Below are positions 1 to 9,037 of a stretch of 42,510 nt of DNA, piece by piece (within the stretch, counting starts at the first letter, position 1; the number at the start of each line of letters is the position of its first letter). Source of the DNA: Alphaproteobacteria bacterium. Lineage in GTDB: Bacteria; Pseudomonadota; Alphaproteobacteria; Micavibrionales; CSBR16-224. Under the pieces are notes generated by a model that worked only from the letters and a program-made list of their open reading frames with translations, was not told where the DNA came from and did not search any database. Position numbers and translations under genes: made by a program. Location of the stretch: positions 1-42,510 of the forward strand of contig SBHI01000055.1 of assembly GCA_006226225.1 (NCBI GenBank). The letters are read 5' to 3'.

Positions 1-16
1 TCCCTCTCTCTCCGCC

Positions 17-53
17 ATAATAAAAAGCCCCCACTTAGGGGGTATTTTATTAT
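17..53. terminator. Bidirectional terminator-like hairpin with A/T-rich flanks
   Basis: ATAATAAAAAGCCCCC-ACTTA-GGGGGTATTTTATTAT. It has a GC core stem (CCCCC/GGGGG) and A/T runs on both sides. Weaker pairing extends to about 1-70 (CCGC 12-15 with GCGG 54-57). Confidence 0.45.
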
Positions 54-99
54 GCGGAAGGGAAGAGGTGAAGAACCATCAGGGTTTGACAACAAGATT

Positions 100-118
100 G
101 GCGCGCATATTGCGCGCC
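100..118. repeat. Perfect 8-bp stem, 3-nt loop palindrome GGCGCGCA-TAT-TGCGCGCC
   Basis: Read directly. Function unknown: REP-like element, operator or RNA hairpin. Confidence 0.4.
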
Positions 119-293
119 TAGCGGTTGCAACTTTGCAAGACGCGGGAGCGTCGCAGCAAAGTAATTCCTCTCTCTCCGCCAGCATTTATGCATTTATCCG
201 CTAAAAGATACTACTGTCTGGGGCATTGGGCTGATGCATCGTTTATGTCGTTTATTAAGTGTTTCTTTTGATTTTACTGTTATAATAGAGCTT

Positions 294-674
294 ATGAGAA
301 AACTGCTTTGTAGTATCTTGATAATGCTGATGATCACGCCCGCAATGGTGTGTGGGCCGTTTATGCGTGTGGCGCATGCTGGTAGCGGTATGTCGGAACA
401 ATGCCACGAACAAAAGACACCGGATAGCGATCACAGCCTTAAATTCTTCAAAGACTGCTACGGTGTTGAACTGCAACAGGCTGATACAGATACCGCCCTC
501 GCAAAGCCCGACTTTACGGTGGAAAAAATCTCCTTTCCGTGGATGATTGTTGCGGCGAATGATCTTGTGAGATCGGCTCGCTTTTATGATAGCCACGGGC
601 CACCCTACGGGCATCTATCTGCTATTCCATCTAAATCCCCCGTCTTTTTGCAAACAGGCCGCCTGCGCCTTTAA
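294..674 (+). CDS. Hypothetical secreted Cys/His-containing protein (126 aa) upstream of cusBA
   Basis: The ORF track gives 234-674. The ATG at 294 yields a classic signal peptide (MRK + hydrophobic core + AHA/GS). The mature part has CHEQKTPDSDH and a second Cys. I do not recognise the family. Confidence 0.5.
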   Translation: MRKLLCSILIMLMITPAMVCGPFMRVAHAGSGMSEQCHEQKTPDSDHSLKFFKDCYGVELQQADTDTALAKPDFTVEKISFPWMIVAANDLVRSARFYDSHGPPYGHLSAIPSKSPVFLQTGRLRL

Positions 675-728
675 GAACGACTCTTTTCCGATCGGTTGAA
701 AACCTTGGAAATTTATAGGAGTCGTTTT

Positions 729-2039
729 ATGCGTATTATTATATTGAGTGTTCTATTAATGCTTTGTCTGCCAATCCCTGCGGTATTGGCAGAGGATACG
801 GCAACCTATATCTGTCCGATGCATCCACATATTCATGGACAGAAGGGGGATAATTGTCCGATCTGCGGTATGTTTCTTGCCCCGCAAGAGAATGAAGCCC
901 CAGCCGCCACAACAATGGAAAAGAATGAGCGGAAAATTCTTTATTGGGTCGCACCGATGGATCCGAATTACCGTCAGGATCATCCAGGAAAATCTCCCAT
1001 GGGCATGGATTTGGTGCCGGTTTATGAAGAAGAAAGCTCTGCCCCGGAAGGCGCGATACAAATTGCACCGACATATCAGCAAGCACTCGGTGTGAAAACG
1101 GAGGCGACCGGCCTTCATGAATTTGGTGCACGGATTGATGCTCATGGTCATATAGAAGCCAGCACGCGTGAGCAACATGTTATTGCTGTTCGTACATCCG
1201 GGTGGATTACGGAGTTGAGAAAAGATGCCATCGGCGATACCGTCAAGAAAGGTGATTTACTTTTTTCCTTTTACAGTCCTGATTTGATGAGCGCGCAGGC
1301 TGACTATCTCGTCGGACGGCGCAGCGGACGGCCAATCGGCGATACGGAAGGGCGGCTGCGCTTATACGGTATGGATAATCAGGCGATTAAAACGCTTCAG
1401 AAAGCCGGTCATGCCACAGAAAAAACGCCGTTTCATGCCCCTGCGGACGGTGTCGTTGCCTCTCTCCCTTTGCGTGAGGGCTCTTTTGCCAATGCGGGGG
1501 AAACCGTTTTGGTTTTGCAGGATTATCAACATCTATGGGTGATGGCGCATGTACCTTTGCGGGATGTGCAAATGTTGCACGAAGGTGAAAATGCGACAGT
1601 TATGCTTGATGAAACCGGCAAAACCTTCACGGCAACAATCGAAACGATTTTGCCTGCAACGGATCCGCTTAGCCGCACAGCGATGGTCAGACTGCTACTT
1701 GATAATACGGATGGCAGCCTGAAAACGAAGACGCTTGTCCATGTTATGTTCGAAACGGGCAGCAAGATGCGGCTGTCCGTTCCGGCGGAAGCTGTTTTGT
1801 ACGGTAAAGATATCGCCTATGTCATTGAAGATGTCGGGAATGGTTATTTCCGGCCAGTGCATGTACAGACCGGTGTTACCGCAAAAGGGATGACCGAAAT
1901 CATATCCGGCTTGCAAGCAGGACAAAATGTTGTCGTGACGGGTCAGTTTATGATTGATGCGGAAAGCACGTTAAGAGGCGGCTTGTCTGCTATGAATACA
2001 GCACGTATAGAGGACGGCAATCATGCGCATAAGCACTGA
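729..2039 (+). CDS. cusB: Heavy-metal efflux RND periplasmic adaptor (CusB/SilB-like) with an N-terminal CxxC-type metal-binding domain
   Basis: The ATG at 729 is preceded by AGGAG. It has a signal sequence, then YICPMHPHIHGQKGDNCPICGMFL (heavy-metal-binding domain), then a membrane-fusion-protein body. It overlaps cusA by 17 nt. Confidence 0.85.
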   Translation: MRIIILSVLLMLCLPIPAVLAEDTATYICPMHPHIHGQKGDNCPICGMFLAPQENEAPAATTMEKNERKILYWVAPMDPNYRQDHPGKSPMGMDLVPVYEEESSAPEGAIQIAPTYQQALGVKTEATGLHEFGARIDAHGHIEASTREQHVIAVRTSGWITELRKDAIGDTVKKGDLLFSFYSPDLMSAQADYLVGRRSGRPIGDTEGRLRLYGMDNQAIKTLQKAGHATEKTPFHAPADGVVASLPLREGSFANAGETVLVLQDYQHLWVMAHVPLRDVQMLHEGENATVMLDETGKTFTATIETILPATDPLSRTAMVRLLLDNTDGSLKTKTLVHVMFETGSKMRLSVPAEAVLYGKDIAYVIEDVGNGYFRPVHVQTGVTAKGMTEIISGLQAGQNVVVTGQFMIDAESTLRGGLSAMNTARIEDGNHAHKH

Positions 2040-5000
2040 TCACACGAAAGACCCGTCAAAATCATTCATCGCCAATGTGATCGGATGGTCGGCGCATAAC
2101 CGCTTTCTTGTCTTGCTGGGGACGGCTGTGCTGCTCATAGCCGGATTGCTCGCCGTGAAAAACACACCTTTGGACGCGATTCCGGATTTGTCGGATACGC
2201 AGGTGATTATCCGTACGTCATGGCCGGGGCAGACACCGCAAGTGATTGAAGATCAGGTTACCTTTCCGCTGTCTACGCGCATGTTAAGTCTGCCGCAGGC
2301 AAAAACCGTTCGCGGATTTTCGATGTTCGGCGACAGCTTCCTTTATATCGTCTTCAAAGATGGAACGGATCTGTATTGGGCGCGCAGTCGCGTTCTGGAG
2401 GCATTGTCGCAGGTTGCAAGCCAGCTCCCCGAAGGTGTTCGGCCGCAATTAGGGCCTGATGCGACCGGTGTCGGCTGGGTTTTTCAATACGCTTTGGTAG
2501 ATCGCACAGGTCAGCATGACCTGCAGGAGTTACGTTCTCTGCAAGACTGGTTTGTGCGCTTTGAACTGGCCACGATTGACGGTGTTGCCGAAATAGCATC
2601 CGTTGGCGGCTTTGTGAAAGAATATCAGGTGCTCATCAGTCCTCATAAACTTCATGCCTACGGTATTCCTTTGCAAAAGGTAATAAACGCCATTCGCGCA
2701 GCTAATCAGGAAACAGGCGGGCGCACCATTGAAATGGCGGAAAGCGAATACATGATCCGCTCCTTCGGATATATACAATCGACGACTGATCTGGAACAGG
2801 CTGTTTTGGAAGTCGGTACTGATGGTGTTCCCGTAACAATCGCCGATATTGGACGCGTGGTCGAGGGGCCGTCTATTCGCCGCGGTATTACGGAGCTGAA
2901 CGGTGAAGGGGAGGCCGTCGGCGGTTTTGTCGTGATGCGTCCCGGCGCAAATGCGCATAATGTGATCAAAAAAATCCGTGAACGCATATCCTTTATAAAA
3001 AACGGTCTGCTGGAGGGGGTGGAGATTGTGACGGTCTATGATCGCAGCACGCTCATTGAGGGCGCCGTCGATTATCTCGCGCATAAATTACTGGAAGAGA
3101 GCTTGATGGTCGCTGTTGTCATCTTTCTTTTTCTGCTGCATTTACGCAGTGCGTTCGTTGTTATTATCACACTGCCTCTGGGTATTTTTGCCGCTTTTGT
3201 TGTGATGCATGCACAGGGCATTACGGCAAATATCATGTCTTTGGGCGGTATTGCCATTGCCATTGGCGCGATGGTGGATGCGGCTATCGTGATGGTTGAA
3301 AATGCTCATAGAAAGCTTGCCACCTTACCGGAGAGTGTAACGAAACAGGATCAACAGAATGCATTGTTACAGGCTGCGAAAGAGGTCGGGCCGGGATTGT
3401 TTTTCTCGTTGCTGATTATTACCGCATCATTTCTTCCCGTTTTTGCATTGACGGGGCAATCTTACCGCCTTTTTTCACCTTTGGCTTTTACCAAAACATA
3501 TGCAATGGCTGCGGCAAGTATTTTGTCAATTACGCTTGTACCCGTCCTGATGTTGTTTTTTATTCGCGGGAAGGTCAAATCAGAAGAACGGAACATTTTG
3601 AACCGTTTTTTCATTTTCTGTTACCGCCCTGTTTTGAATACCGCCCTGCATTTTCGCAAAACAACATTGTTGCTGGCGATATGCGCGTTGATCAGCACGG
3701 CTTGGCCGATGAGTAAAATCGGGTCGGAGTTTATGCCGCCGCTGAACGAGGGCAGTTTGTTATATATGCCGATGACTTTGCCGGGTGTCTCACCTGCGAA
3801 AGCGCGTGAAATTCTACAAACAACCAATAGGCAGTTGATGAATATCCCTGAAGTAAAGCAGGCCTTTGGTAAGGCGGGACGATCCAGCTCGGCGACAGAC
3901 CCCGCACCTTTGGCAATGATTGAAACATGGATTGAATTGAAGCCAGCATCAACATGGCGCAAGGGTATGACAACCGAGAAACTGATTGCTGAAATGGATA
4001 AGAAGGTCAGGTTGCCTGGTATGAGAAATGTCTGGGGCTATCCTATTAAAATCCGGACGGACATGATTACGACAGGTATTCGCACACCGGTGGGTATTAA
4101 AATTTCCGGTCACGATTTAACGGTTATAGATGGTTTGGCAAAAGAGGTCGAAGCTGTTGCCTTGAAAGTGACGGGTACAAGAAGCGCAGTTGCTGATCGT
4201 GTGCAGGGTGGCAAGTTTGTTGAAATTATTCCTGATCGGAAAAAGATTGCACGCTACGGCATTGCAATCACGGATGTGCAGCTGGCGATACAGACCGTGC
4301 TGGGCGGCATGATGCTGGATGAGGTTGTCGAAGGACGGGAGCGTTATCCGGTGATGTTACGCTATGATAGGCAACATCGCGAACATATTACCGATCTTGA
4401 TAATATTCTCGTCTCGGCACCATCCGGTGCGCAGATACCGTTGACGGATATTGCGCATATTCAAGTCAATGATGGCCCCGCAATGATTACATCTGAAGAC
4501 GCACGTTTAAACGGTTGGGTCTTTGTCGATATAGAAAACCGCGATATTGGTGCATATGTGGATGATTTGCAGAATACGTTAAAAGCAGTCGCACTGCCGC
4601 AGGGGTACAGTTTGAAAATATCAGGGCAGTTTGAACAAATGCAGGAGGCAAATCATCGTTTAAGTCTTGCTGTTCCGGCAGCCTTGCTGACGATATTGAC
4701 CTTGCTGTATCTGTATTTTGGACGGTGGGATCGCACATGGATGTTGATGCTGTCTGTCCCATTCGGCTTGATTGGCGGATTCTGGTGGGTTTGGTTTGCG
4801 GGGTATAATATGTCTGTGGCCGTAGCGATCGGCTTTATTGCTTTGGCTGGTATTGCAGCGGAAACGGCTGTTGTCATGATCATATATATTGATCATGAGA
4901 TGCGCGTAGCTCCGCCGAACACGATGGCAGAACTTCTGGATAATATTCGCCGTGGTGCCGTCCAAAGGCTTCGTCCAAAACTGATGACTGTCGGCACGGT

Positions 5001-5166
5001 TATTCTCGGTTTGATACCGGTTTTTCTGACTGACGGCCCCGGCGCGGATGTGATGCGTCGGATTGCGTTGCCAATGGTTGGTGGTATGGCTTCGACCATG
5101 CTGTTAACGCTGGTATTCCTGCCTGTCATTTATGCCTTTTATATGCAGAAAAAACTGAAGCTATAA
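2023..5166 (+). CDS. cusA: CusA/CzcA-family heavy-metal efflux RND transporter (1047 aa)
   Basis: Length and 12-TM RND architecture fit. The N-terminus (IANVIGWSAHNRFLVLLG) and the overall sequence are typical of CusA-family pumps. Confidence 0.92.
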   Translation: MRISTDHTKDPSKSFIANVIGWSAHNRFLVLLGTAVLLIAGLLAVKNTPLDAIPDLSDTQVIIRTSWPGQTPQVIEDQVTFPLSTRMLSLPQAKTVRGFSMFGDSFLYIVFKDGTDLYWARSRVLEALSQVASQLPEGVRPQLGPDATGVGWVFQYALVDRTGQHDLQELRSLQDWFVRFELATIDGVAEIASVGGFVKEYQVLISPHKLHAYGIPLQKVINAIRAANQETGGRTIEMAESEYMIRSFGYIQSTTDLEQAVLEVGTDGVPVTIADIGRVVEGPSIRRGITELNGEGEAVGGFVVMRPGANAHNVIKKIRERISFIKNGLLEGVEIVTVYDRSTLIEGAVDYLAHKLLEESLMVAVVIFLFLLHLRSAFVVIITLPLGIFAAFVVMHAQGITANIMSLGGIAIAIGAMVDAAIVMVENAHRKLATLPESVTKQDQQNALLQAAKEVGPGLFFSLLIITASFLPVFALTGQSYRLFSPLAFTKTYAMAAASILSITLVPVLMLFFIRGKVKSEERNILNRFFIFCYRPVLNTALHFRKTTLLLAICALISTAWPMSKIGSEFMPPLNEGSLLYMPMTLPGVSPAKAREILQTTNRQLMNIPEVKQAFGKAGRSSSATDPAPLAMIETWIELKPASTWRKGMTTEKLIAEMDKKVRLPGMRNVWGYPIKIRTDMITTGIRTPVGIKISGHDLTVIDGLAKEVEAVALKVTGTRSAVADRVQGGKFVEIIPDRKKIARYGIAITDVQLAIQTVLGGMMLDEVVEGRERYPVMLRYDRQHREHITDLDNILVSAPSGAQIPLTDIAHIQVNDGPAMITSEDARLNGWVFVDIENRDIGAYVDDLQNTLKAVALPQGYSLKISGQFEQMQEANHRLSLAVPAALLTILTLLYLYFGRWDRTWMLMLSVPFGLIGGFWWVWFAGYNMSVAVAIGFIALAGIAAETAVVMIIYIDHEMRVAPPNTMAELLDNIRRGAVQRLRPKLMTVGTVILGLIPVFLTDGPGADVMRRIALPMVGGMASTMLLTLVFLPVIYAFYMQKKLKL

Positions 5167-5176
5167 GAAAAATATA

Positions 5177-6004
5177 TTATGGCCGCCTGTCAAAGAGTGC
5201 TTTTATCTGGCGTCCTGACCATGTAAAAGCATACAGCCATTTTGCGAGAAAAAAATCCGGCATGTCTTTGTGGAAAATGCCAAATTCTTCCGGTTTTTCG
5301 TCAGGGCAGTAATAGGTTCCGAAAATCAGGTCGATAAAAGGGAAGACAAAACACATATTGCTGTCTGTCGCTTTTTGATCCAACGCGTGATGCCAACGAT
5401 GGAAATGGGGGCTGACGAGAAGATATTTCATCACGCCTTTCCATTTTAGGTCCGTATTAAAATGGTTGAAATTCGATGCAATGTTCACAACAAAGGCAGC
5501 GTATAAAATACTGTCTGTTGGGAAGCCGACCCACAACAGTATCGCCATATCAAAAATCATTAACAGGATTTCGGCGGGATGAAAACGCCATGAAGTGGAC
5601 CAGTTAACTTTTTTAGCGTCATGATGCACGGCATGAAATGGCCATAAAAACACATGTGCGAAACGATGGTGGGCGTAAATCAGCAAATCAAGCGCGACAA
5701 GACAGGTTAAAAAACGCAGCCATGCCGGCCATGTGCCGATAACAGCAAAGCCGGTATCATGAATGAAGTTATGCGTTAATACCTCAAGAAATAAAAAATC
5801 AAAAGCAAATTTTCCTAATGGCCAGAAAACCATAACCATCATATAGGCTGTCATAATCTCGAATTTTGTTTCGCGGTGGAAAAACGGTATATTTTTATCG
5901 GCGGGACGAAGTTTTTCAAATAACAGTGCCGCAATTACGAAAAGAATAATGGTAATTGTTAAAGCGGAAAGCTGGTCTGCAAACCGCAAGGCTGTTTCAT
6001 ACAT
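5177..6004 (-). CDS. Fatty acid hydroxylase / sterol desaturase family membrane protein
   Basis: It carries the histidine boxes HHRFAH, HAVHH and HFHRWHH in a polytopic membrane protein. Confidence 0.8.
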   Translation of the reverse strand: MYETALRFADQLSALTITIILFVIAALLFEKLRPADKNIPFFHRETKFEIMTAYMMVMVFWPLGKFAFDFLFLEVLTHNFIHDTGFAVIGTWPAWLRFLTCLVALDLLIYAHHRFAHVFLWPFHAVHHDAKKVNWSTSWRFHPAEILLMIFDMAILLWVGFPTDSILYAAFVVNIASNFNHFNTDLKWKGVMKYLLVSPHFHRWHHALDQKATDSNMCFVFPFIDLIFGTYYCPDEKPEEFGIFHKDMPDFFLAKWLYAFTWSGRQIKALFDRRP

Positions 6005-6080
6005 GGCGCTTTATCCTGCTTTTGTCAAAAATCATCGCCTTAATCCTGATACGGATATGGGGAGAAAGCTTTGACTTAAA

Positions 6081-6812
6081 TCAAGCGGCAGGTGCAGCTG
6101 TGAAGTTGCGGAAACGAAGTTGGTAGCGTTCGGGACGGGGCAGCATGTTGAGGTTTAGCAGACGTTTCTGCGCCGGAATATCTCCCAAGGTTGGACGATT
6201 ATTATCGGCGCAGAAATTCTGGATATAATAAATCCCCTTATATCCGCGCAGTTCCAAATCACGCATGATCGTGATGATATCTTCTTCATCCAGCAAGGAT
6301 GTATGAACTGTTGTACGGACTTCAAAGGGAATGCGTTGTTGTCGGCAAAGCATATCCAGCGTGTCGGAAAATAGTCCGAATTTTGCAACATTTGTGACCG
6401 CTTTAAATTTATCGATCGGTGCTTTGTAATCCAGCGCAATATAGTCCAGCAAACCGTCTTTTAGAAAAGCATCTAAAAGATCGGGGCGTATACCATTCGT
6501 ATCCAGCTTAACCGCATATCCCATGGTTCGGACTTTTTTGATGAAGGCTGGCAGGCCGGGATAAGAGGACGCTTCACCGCCGGAGAGGACAACACCGTCC
6601 AGAACATGTTTGCGCCGCTCAAGAAAGGCGTAAACTTTTTCAACATCATAAAGCCCTTTGCCTTTGACGATCTCCGGATTATGGCAGTAACCGCAGCGCA
6701 TGTTACACCCTGAAAACCAGATAATACAGGCCGTGCGTTCGGGGAAGTCCAGCAAAGTGAAAGGCGTTGTGCCGTAAATCGGCAGGATGTCTTCTTTCTC
6801 TTTGCCGGACAT
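6081..6812 (-). CDS. nrdG: Anaerobic ribonucleoside-triphosphate reductase activating protein (radical SAM)
   Basis: It has the CNMRCGYCHNP radical-SAM motif and lies directly downstream of nrdD. Confidence 0.92.
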   Translation of the reverse strand: MSGKEKEDILPIYGTTPFTLLDFPERTACIIWFSGCNMRCGYCHNPEIVKGKGLYDVEKVYAFLERRKHVLDGVVLSGGEASSYPGLPAFIKKVRTMGYAVKLDTNGIRPDLLDAFLKDGLLDYIALDYKAPIDKFKAVTNVAKFGLFSDTLDMLCRQQRIPFEVRTTVHTSLLDEEDIITIMRDLELRGYKGIYYIQNFCADNNRPTLGDIPAQKRLLNLNMLPRPERYQLRFRNFTAAPAA

Positions 6813-6825
6813 GGGTGTTTTCCTT

Positions 6826-8838
6826 TTAGAACAGGCTTTTTGATTCGATCTGGTTCTCTTTAAAATGGCAACGTTCGCGGTGTTCTCCTTTTTTACCTGT
6901 GTTGAAGCTTTCGACGGGACGGAAATATCCCATTACACGTGTCCAGACGCTGGTTTCCGTGCCGCAATGTGGACATTCCGGCTGTTCACCGTTCAGGTAA
7001 CCATGTGTTTCGCAGGTTGAAAATACCGGTGTGACCGTAATATAGGGCAGTTGGTAATTCTCGATGACTTTTTTGACGAAACGGCGGCAGGCTTCTCCCG
7101 AAGAGAGCTTTTCCCCCATATACAGATGTAGGACAGTCCCGCCAGTATATTTGCATTGCAGTTTGTTTTGTAGTTCCAGCGCTTCGAAAGGGTCATCCGT
7201 ATGCCCGACCGGAATTTGTGATGAGTTGGTGTAATAGATGTTTTCCTCGGAGCCGGCCTGTAAAATATCAGGAAAGCGTTTTTTATCCTCTTTGGCAAAA
7301 CGGTATGTTGTGCCCTCGGCAGGTGTGGCTTCAAGATTATATAGATTTCCGGTTTCCTCCTGATAGCTGACGATTTTTTTGCGCATATGCTCCAGAATTT
7401 CGAGGGCTAAATGAATGCCGTCTTCGCTTGTCAGATCAAGCACATCGTCAGTAAAATTACGAAGCATTTCATTCATGCCGTTGACGCCGATGGTGCTGAA
7501 ATGGTTACGTAGAAACGGCAAATACCGCGCCGTATAGGGATAAAAACCGCGATTATACATTTTTTGTACGAAGACGCGTTTTTTCTCCAGTGTTGATTTG
7601 GCAATATCCATCAGCCGGTCAATTTCCTGGTAGAGGGCGGTTTTGTCACCTTTGTAGATATAACCGAGCCGTGCCATATTTAAGGTGATAACACCCAGAG
7701 ATCCCGTCATTTCGGCCGAGCCGAACAACCCGTTACCGCGTTTTAGCAATTCACGCAGGTCAAGCTGCAGGCGGCAGCACATGGAGCGGACGGCACCGGG
7801 AGAATAGGCTTCGGGGTTGCGAATTTTTTCACCCCTCTCATTGATCATCCATTGACTGCCGACGAAGTTCTGAAAATAAGAGGAGCCGACTTTTGCGGTG
7901 TTTTCAAAAATAGCTTGTGCAACCTTGCTGTCCCAGTTGAAGTCCTCTGTGATATTGACGGTCGGAATAGGAAACGTGAAAGGCTGGCCGCTAGCATCGC
8001 CTTCCGTCATGACTTCATAATAGGCGATATTGATCATATCCATTTCCGGTTTGAAATGGGAGAAGCGTGCATCTTCCAGATTGCGTACCCCCATATCTCT
8101 TTGACGGAGACGATCCAGTAAGGCATCGTTTTCGATATTTTCAAACAAATGCGCGTCACGGTAAGTCGGGTACTGGTCCTGTAAGTCCTCTGGAACGGTG
8201 ATGTCCAGCGTAATATTGGTAAAAGGTGATTGCCCCCAGCGTGCGGGAACATTCAAATTGTAAACGAATTGCCGGATTGCTTTTTTCACGTCTTTAAAAT
8301 CAAGAGAGTCATGAAAAACATAAGGGGCAAGATAGGTGTCGAATGAGCTGAAAGCCTGTGCCCCGGCCCATTCTGACTGCAAAATACCAAGGAAATTGCT
8401 CATTTGTCCCAGTGCCTCACGAAAATGGCGCGGCGGGCGTGATGAAACACGCCCCTGTACACCATTAAAACCTTCATTGAGCAAGGCGCGGAGGCTCCAA
8501 CCTGCGCAGTAACCTGTCAGACAATCAAGATCATGAATATGAAGGGCACCGCTTCTGTGAGCTTCGCCTTCTTCGGGAGCATAAATTTCATCCAGCCAAA
8601 AATTGGCGATGACTTTTCCGGCGACATTGTTGATCATGCCAGCATTGGAATACCCGGTATTCGCATTGGCTTTGATGCGCCAGTCGCTGCCGGATATATA
8701 TTCGCTCACGGCTTCGGAGCAGTCTATTTGGGCACCGCCGATCAGTTTGACAATGTGATCCGTCTCCGGATGGGCCGGATGCTTTCTGGAAAGGGCAAGG
8801 GAAATGCTGTCCGTTTTGTGGGACGTGTTGTCTGTCAT
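6826..8838 (-). CDS. nrdD: Anaerobic ribonucleoside-triphosphate reductase (class III RNR)
   Basis: 670 aa. It has the C-terminal Zn-ribbon Cys pairs (CETHGYLNGEQPECPHCG) followed by the glycyl-radical region (TRVMGYFRP), and is paired with nrdG. Confidence 0.93.
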   Translation of the reverse strand: MTDNTSHKTDSISLALSRKHPAHPETDHIVKLIGGAQIDCSEAVSEYISGSDWRIKANANTGYSNAGMINNVAGKVIANFWLDEIYAPEEGEAHRSGALHIHDLDCLTGYCAGWSLRALLNEGFNGVQGRVSSRPPRHFREALGQMSNFLGILQSEWAGAQAFSSFDTYLAPYVFHDSLDFKDVKKAIRQFVYNLNVPARWGQSPFTNITLDITVPEDLQDQYPTYRDAHLFENIENDALLDRLRQRDMGVRNLEDARFSHFKPEMDMINIAYYEVMTEGDASGQPFTFPIPTVNITEDFNWDSKVAQAIFENTAKVGSSYFQNFVGSQWMINERGEKIRNPEAYSPGAVRSMCCRLQLDLRELLKRGNGLFGSAEMTGSLGVITLNMARLGYIYKGDKTALYQEIDRLMDIAKSTLEKKRVFVQKMYNRGFYPYTARYLPFLRNHFSTIGVNGMNEMLRNFTDDVLDLTSEDGIHLALEILEHMRKKIVSYQEETGNLYNLEATPAEGTTYRFAKEDKKRFPDILQAGSEENIYYTNSSQIPVGHTDDPFEALELQNKLQCKYTGGTVLHLYMGEKLSSGEACRRFVKKVIENYQLPYITVTPVFSTCETHGYLNGEQPECPHCGTETSVWTRVMGYFRPVESFNTGKKGEHRERCHFKENQIESKSLF

Positions 8839-8895
8839 GGCTTTTTCTCCTGTACGTCGAATCTTTGTGACATTTTTATGAGTGTTACGAGTGAC

Positions 8896-8911
8896 CTACC
8901 AGATATGGTGT
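8896..8911. promoter_or_regulatory. Candidate NrdR box 1
   Basis: The minus-strand reading ACACCATATCTGGTAG matches 11/16 of the remembered NrdR consensus acaCwAtATaTwGtgt. It lies 32 bp centre-to-centre from box 2. Confidence 0.35.
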
Positions 8912-8927
8912 CTCTTCCTTTCAGGCT

Positions 8928-8943
8928 ACACAAGATGGCGCGT
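8928..8943. promoter_or_regulatory. Candidate NrdR box 2
   Basis: ACACAAGATGGCGCGT matches 11/16 of the NrdR consensus. The 32-bp spacing to box 1 is the typical tandem arrangement. Confidence 0.35.
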
Positions 8944-8950
8944 TACGAGC

Positions 8951-8964
8951 TTGATCAAGGTCAA
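8951..8964. promoter_or_regulatory. FNR/Dnr-type box TTGATCAAGGTCAA in the nrdD / porin divergent promoter
   Basis: It matches TTGAT-N4-ATCAA with one mismatch. It is 113 bp upstream of the nrdD ATG and 74 bp upstream of the porin ATG. Confidence 0.5.
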
Positions 8965-9037
8965 GGACAGAATCGCGTGAACAGGCATGATGTGTTGAAA
9001 CTGCTGTTATAGTGCAGAAAACATGGAGGGATCTATC

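Larger units (their letters stand above)
1..180. repeat. Two direct copies (15/16 identical) of a CT-rich 16-mer, TCCCTCTCTCTCCGCC at 1-16 and TTCCTCTCTCTCCGCC at 165-180. They bracket three hairpins at 17-53, 100-118 and 133-159.
   Basis: Read directly from the sequence. The first copy touches the window edge, so the element may extend upstream. Confidence 0.5.

Noticed and set aside
1-233. tRNA or other canonical small RNA gene in the structured 5' intergenic region
   Set aside because: The hairpins do not form a cloverleaf, and there is no T-loop GTTCRANYC-like motif. I report it only as an unexplained repeat and hairpin cluster.
6021-6034. TTGTCAAAAATCAT upstream of the hydroxylase-family gene as a seventh FNR-type box
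   Set aside because: It has three mismatches to TTGAT-N4-ATCAA, including in core positions, so it cannot be told apart from chance.
8533-9012. 159-aa plus-strand ORF covering the nrdD 5' end and the nrdD/porin intergenic region
   Set aside because: It lies antisense to nrdD and runs through the candidate NrdR and FNR boxes. It has no RBS and no recognisable sequence.
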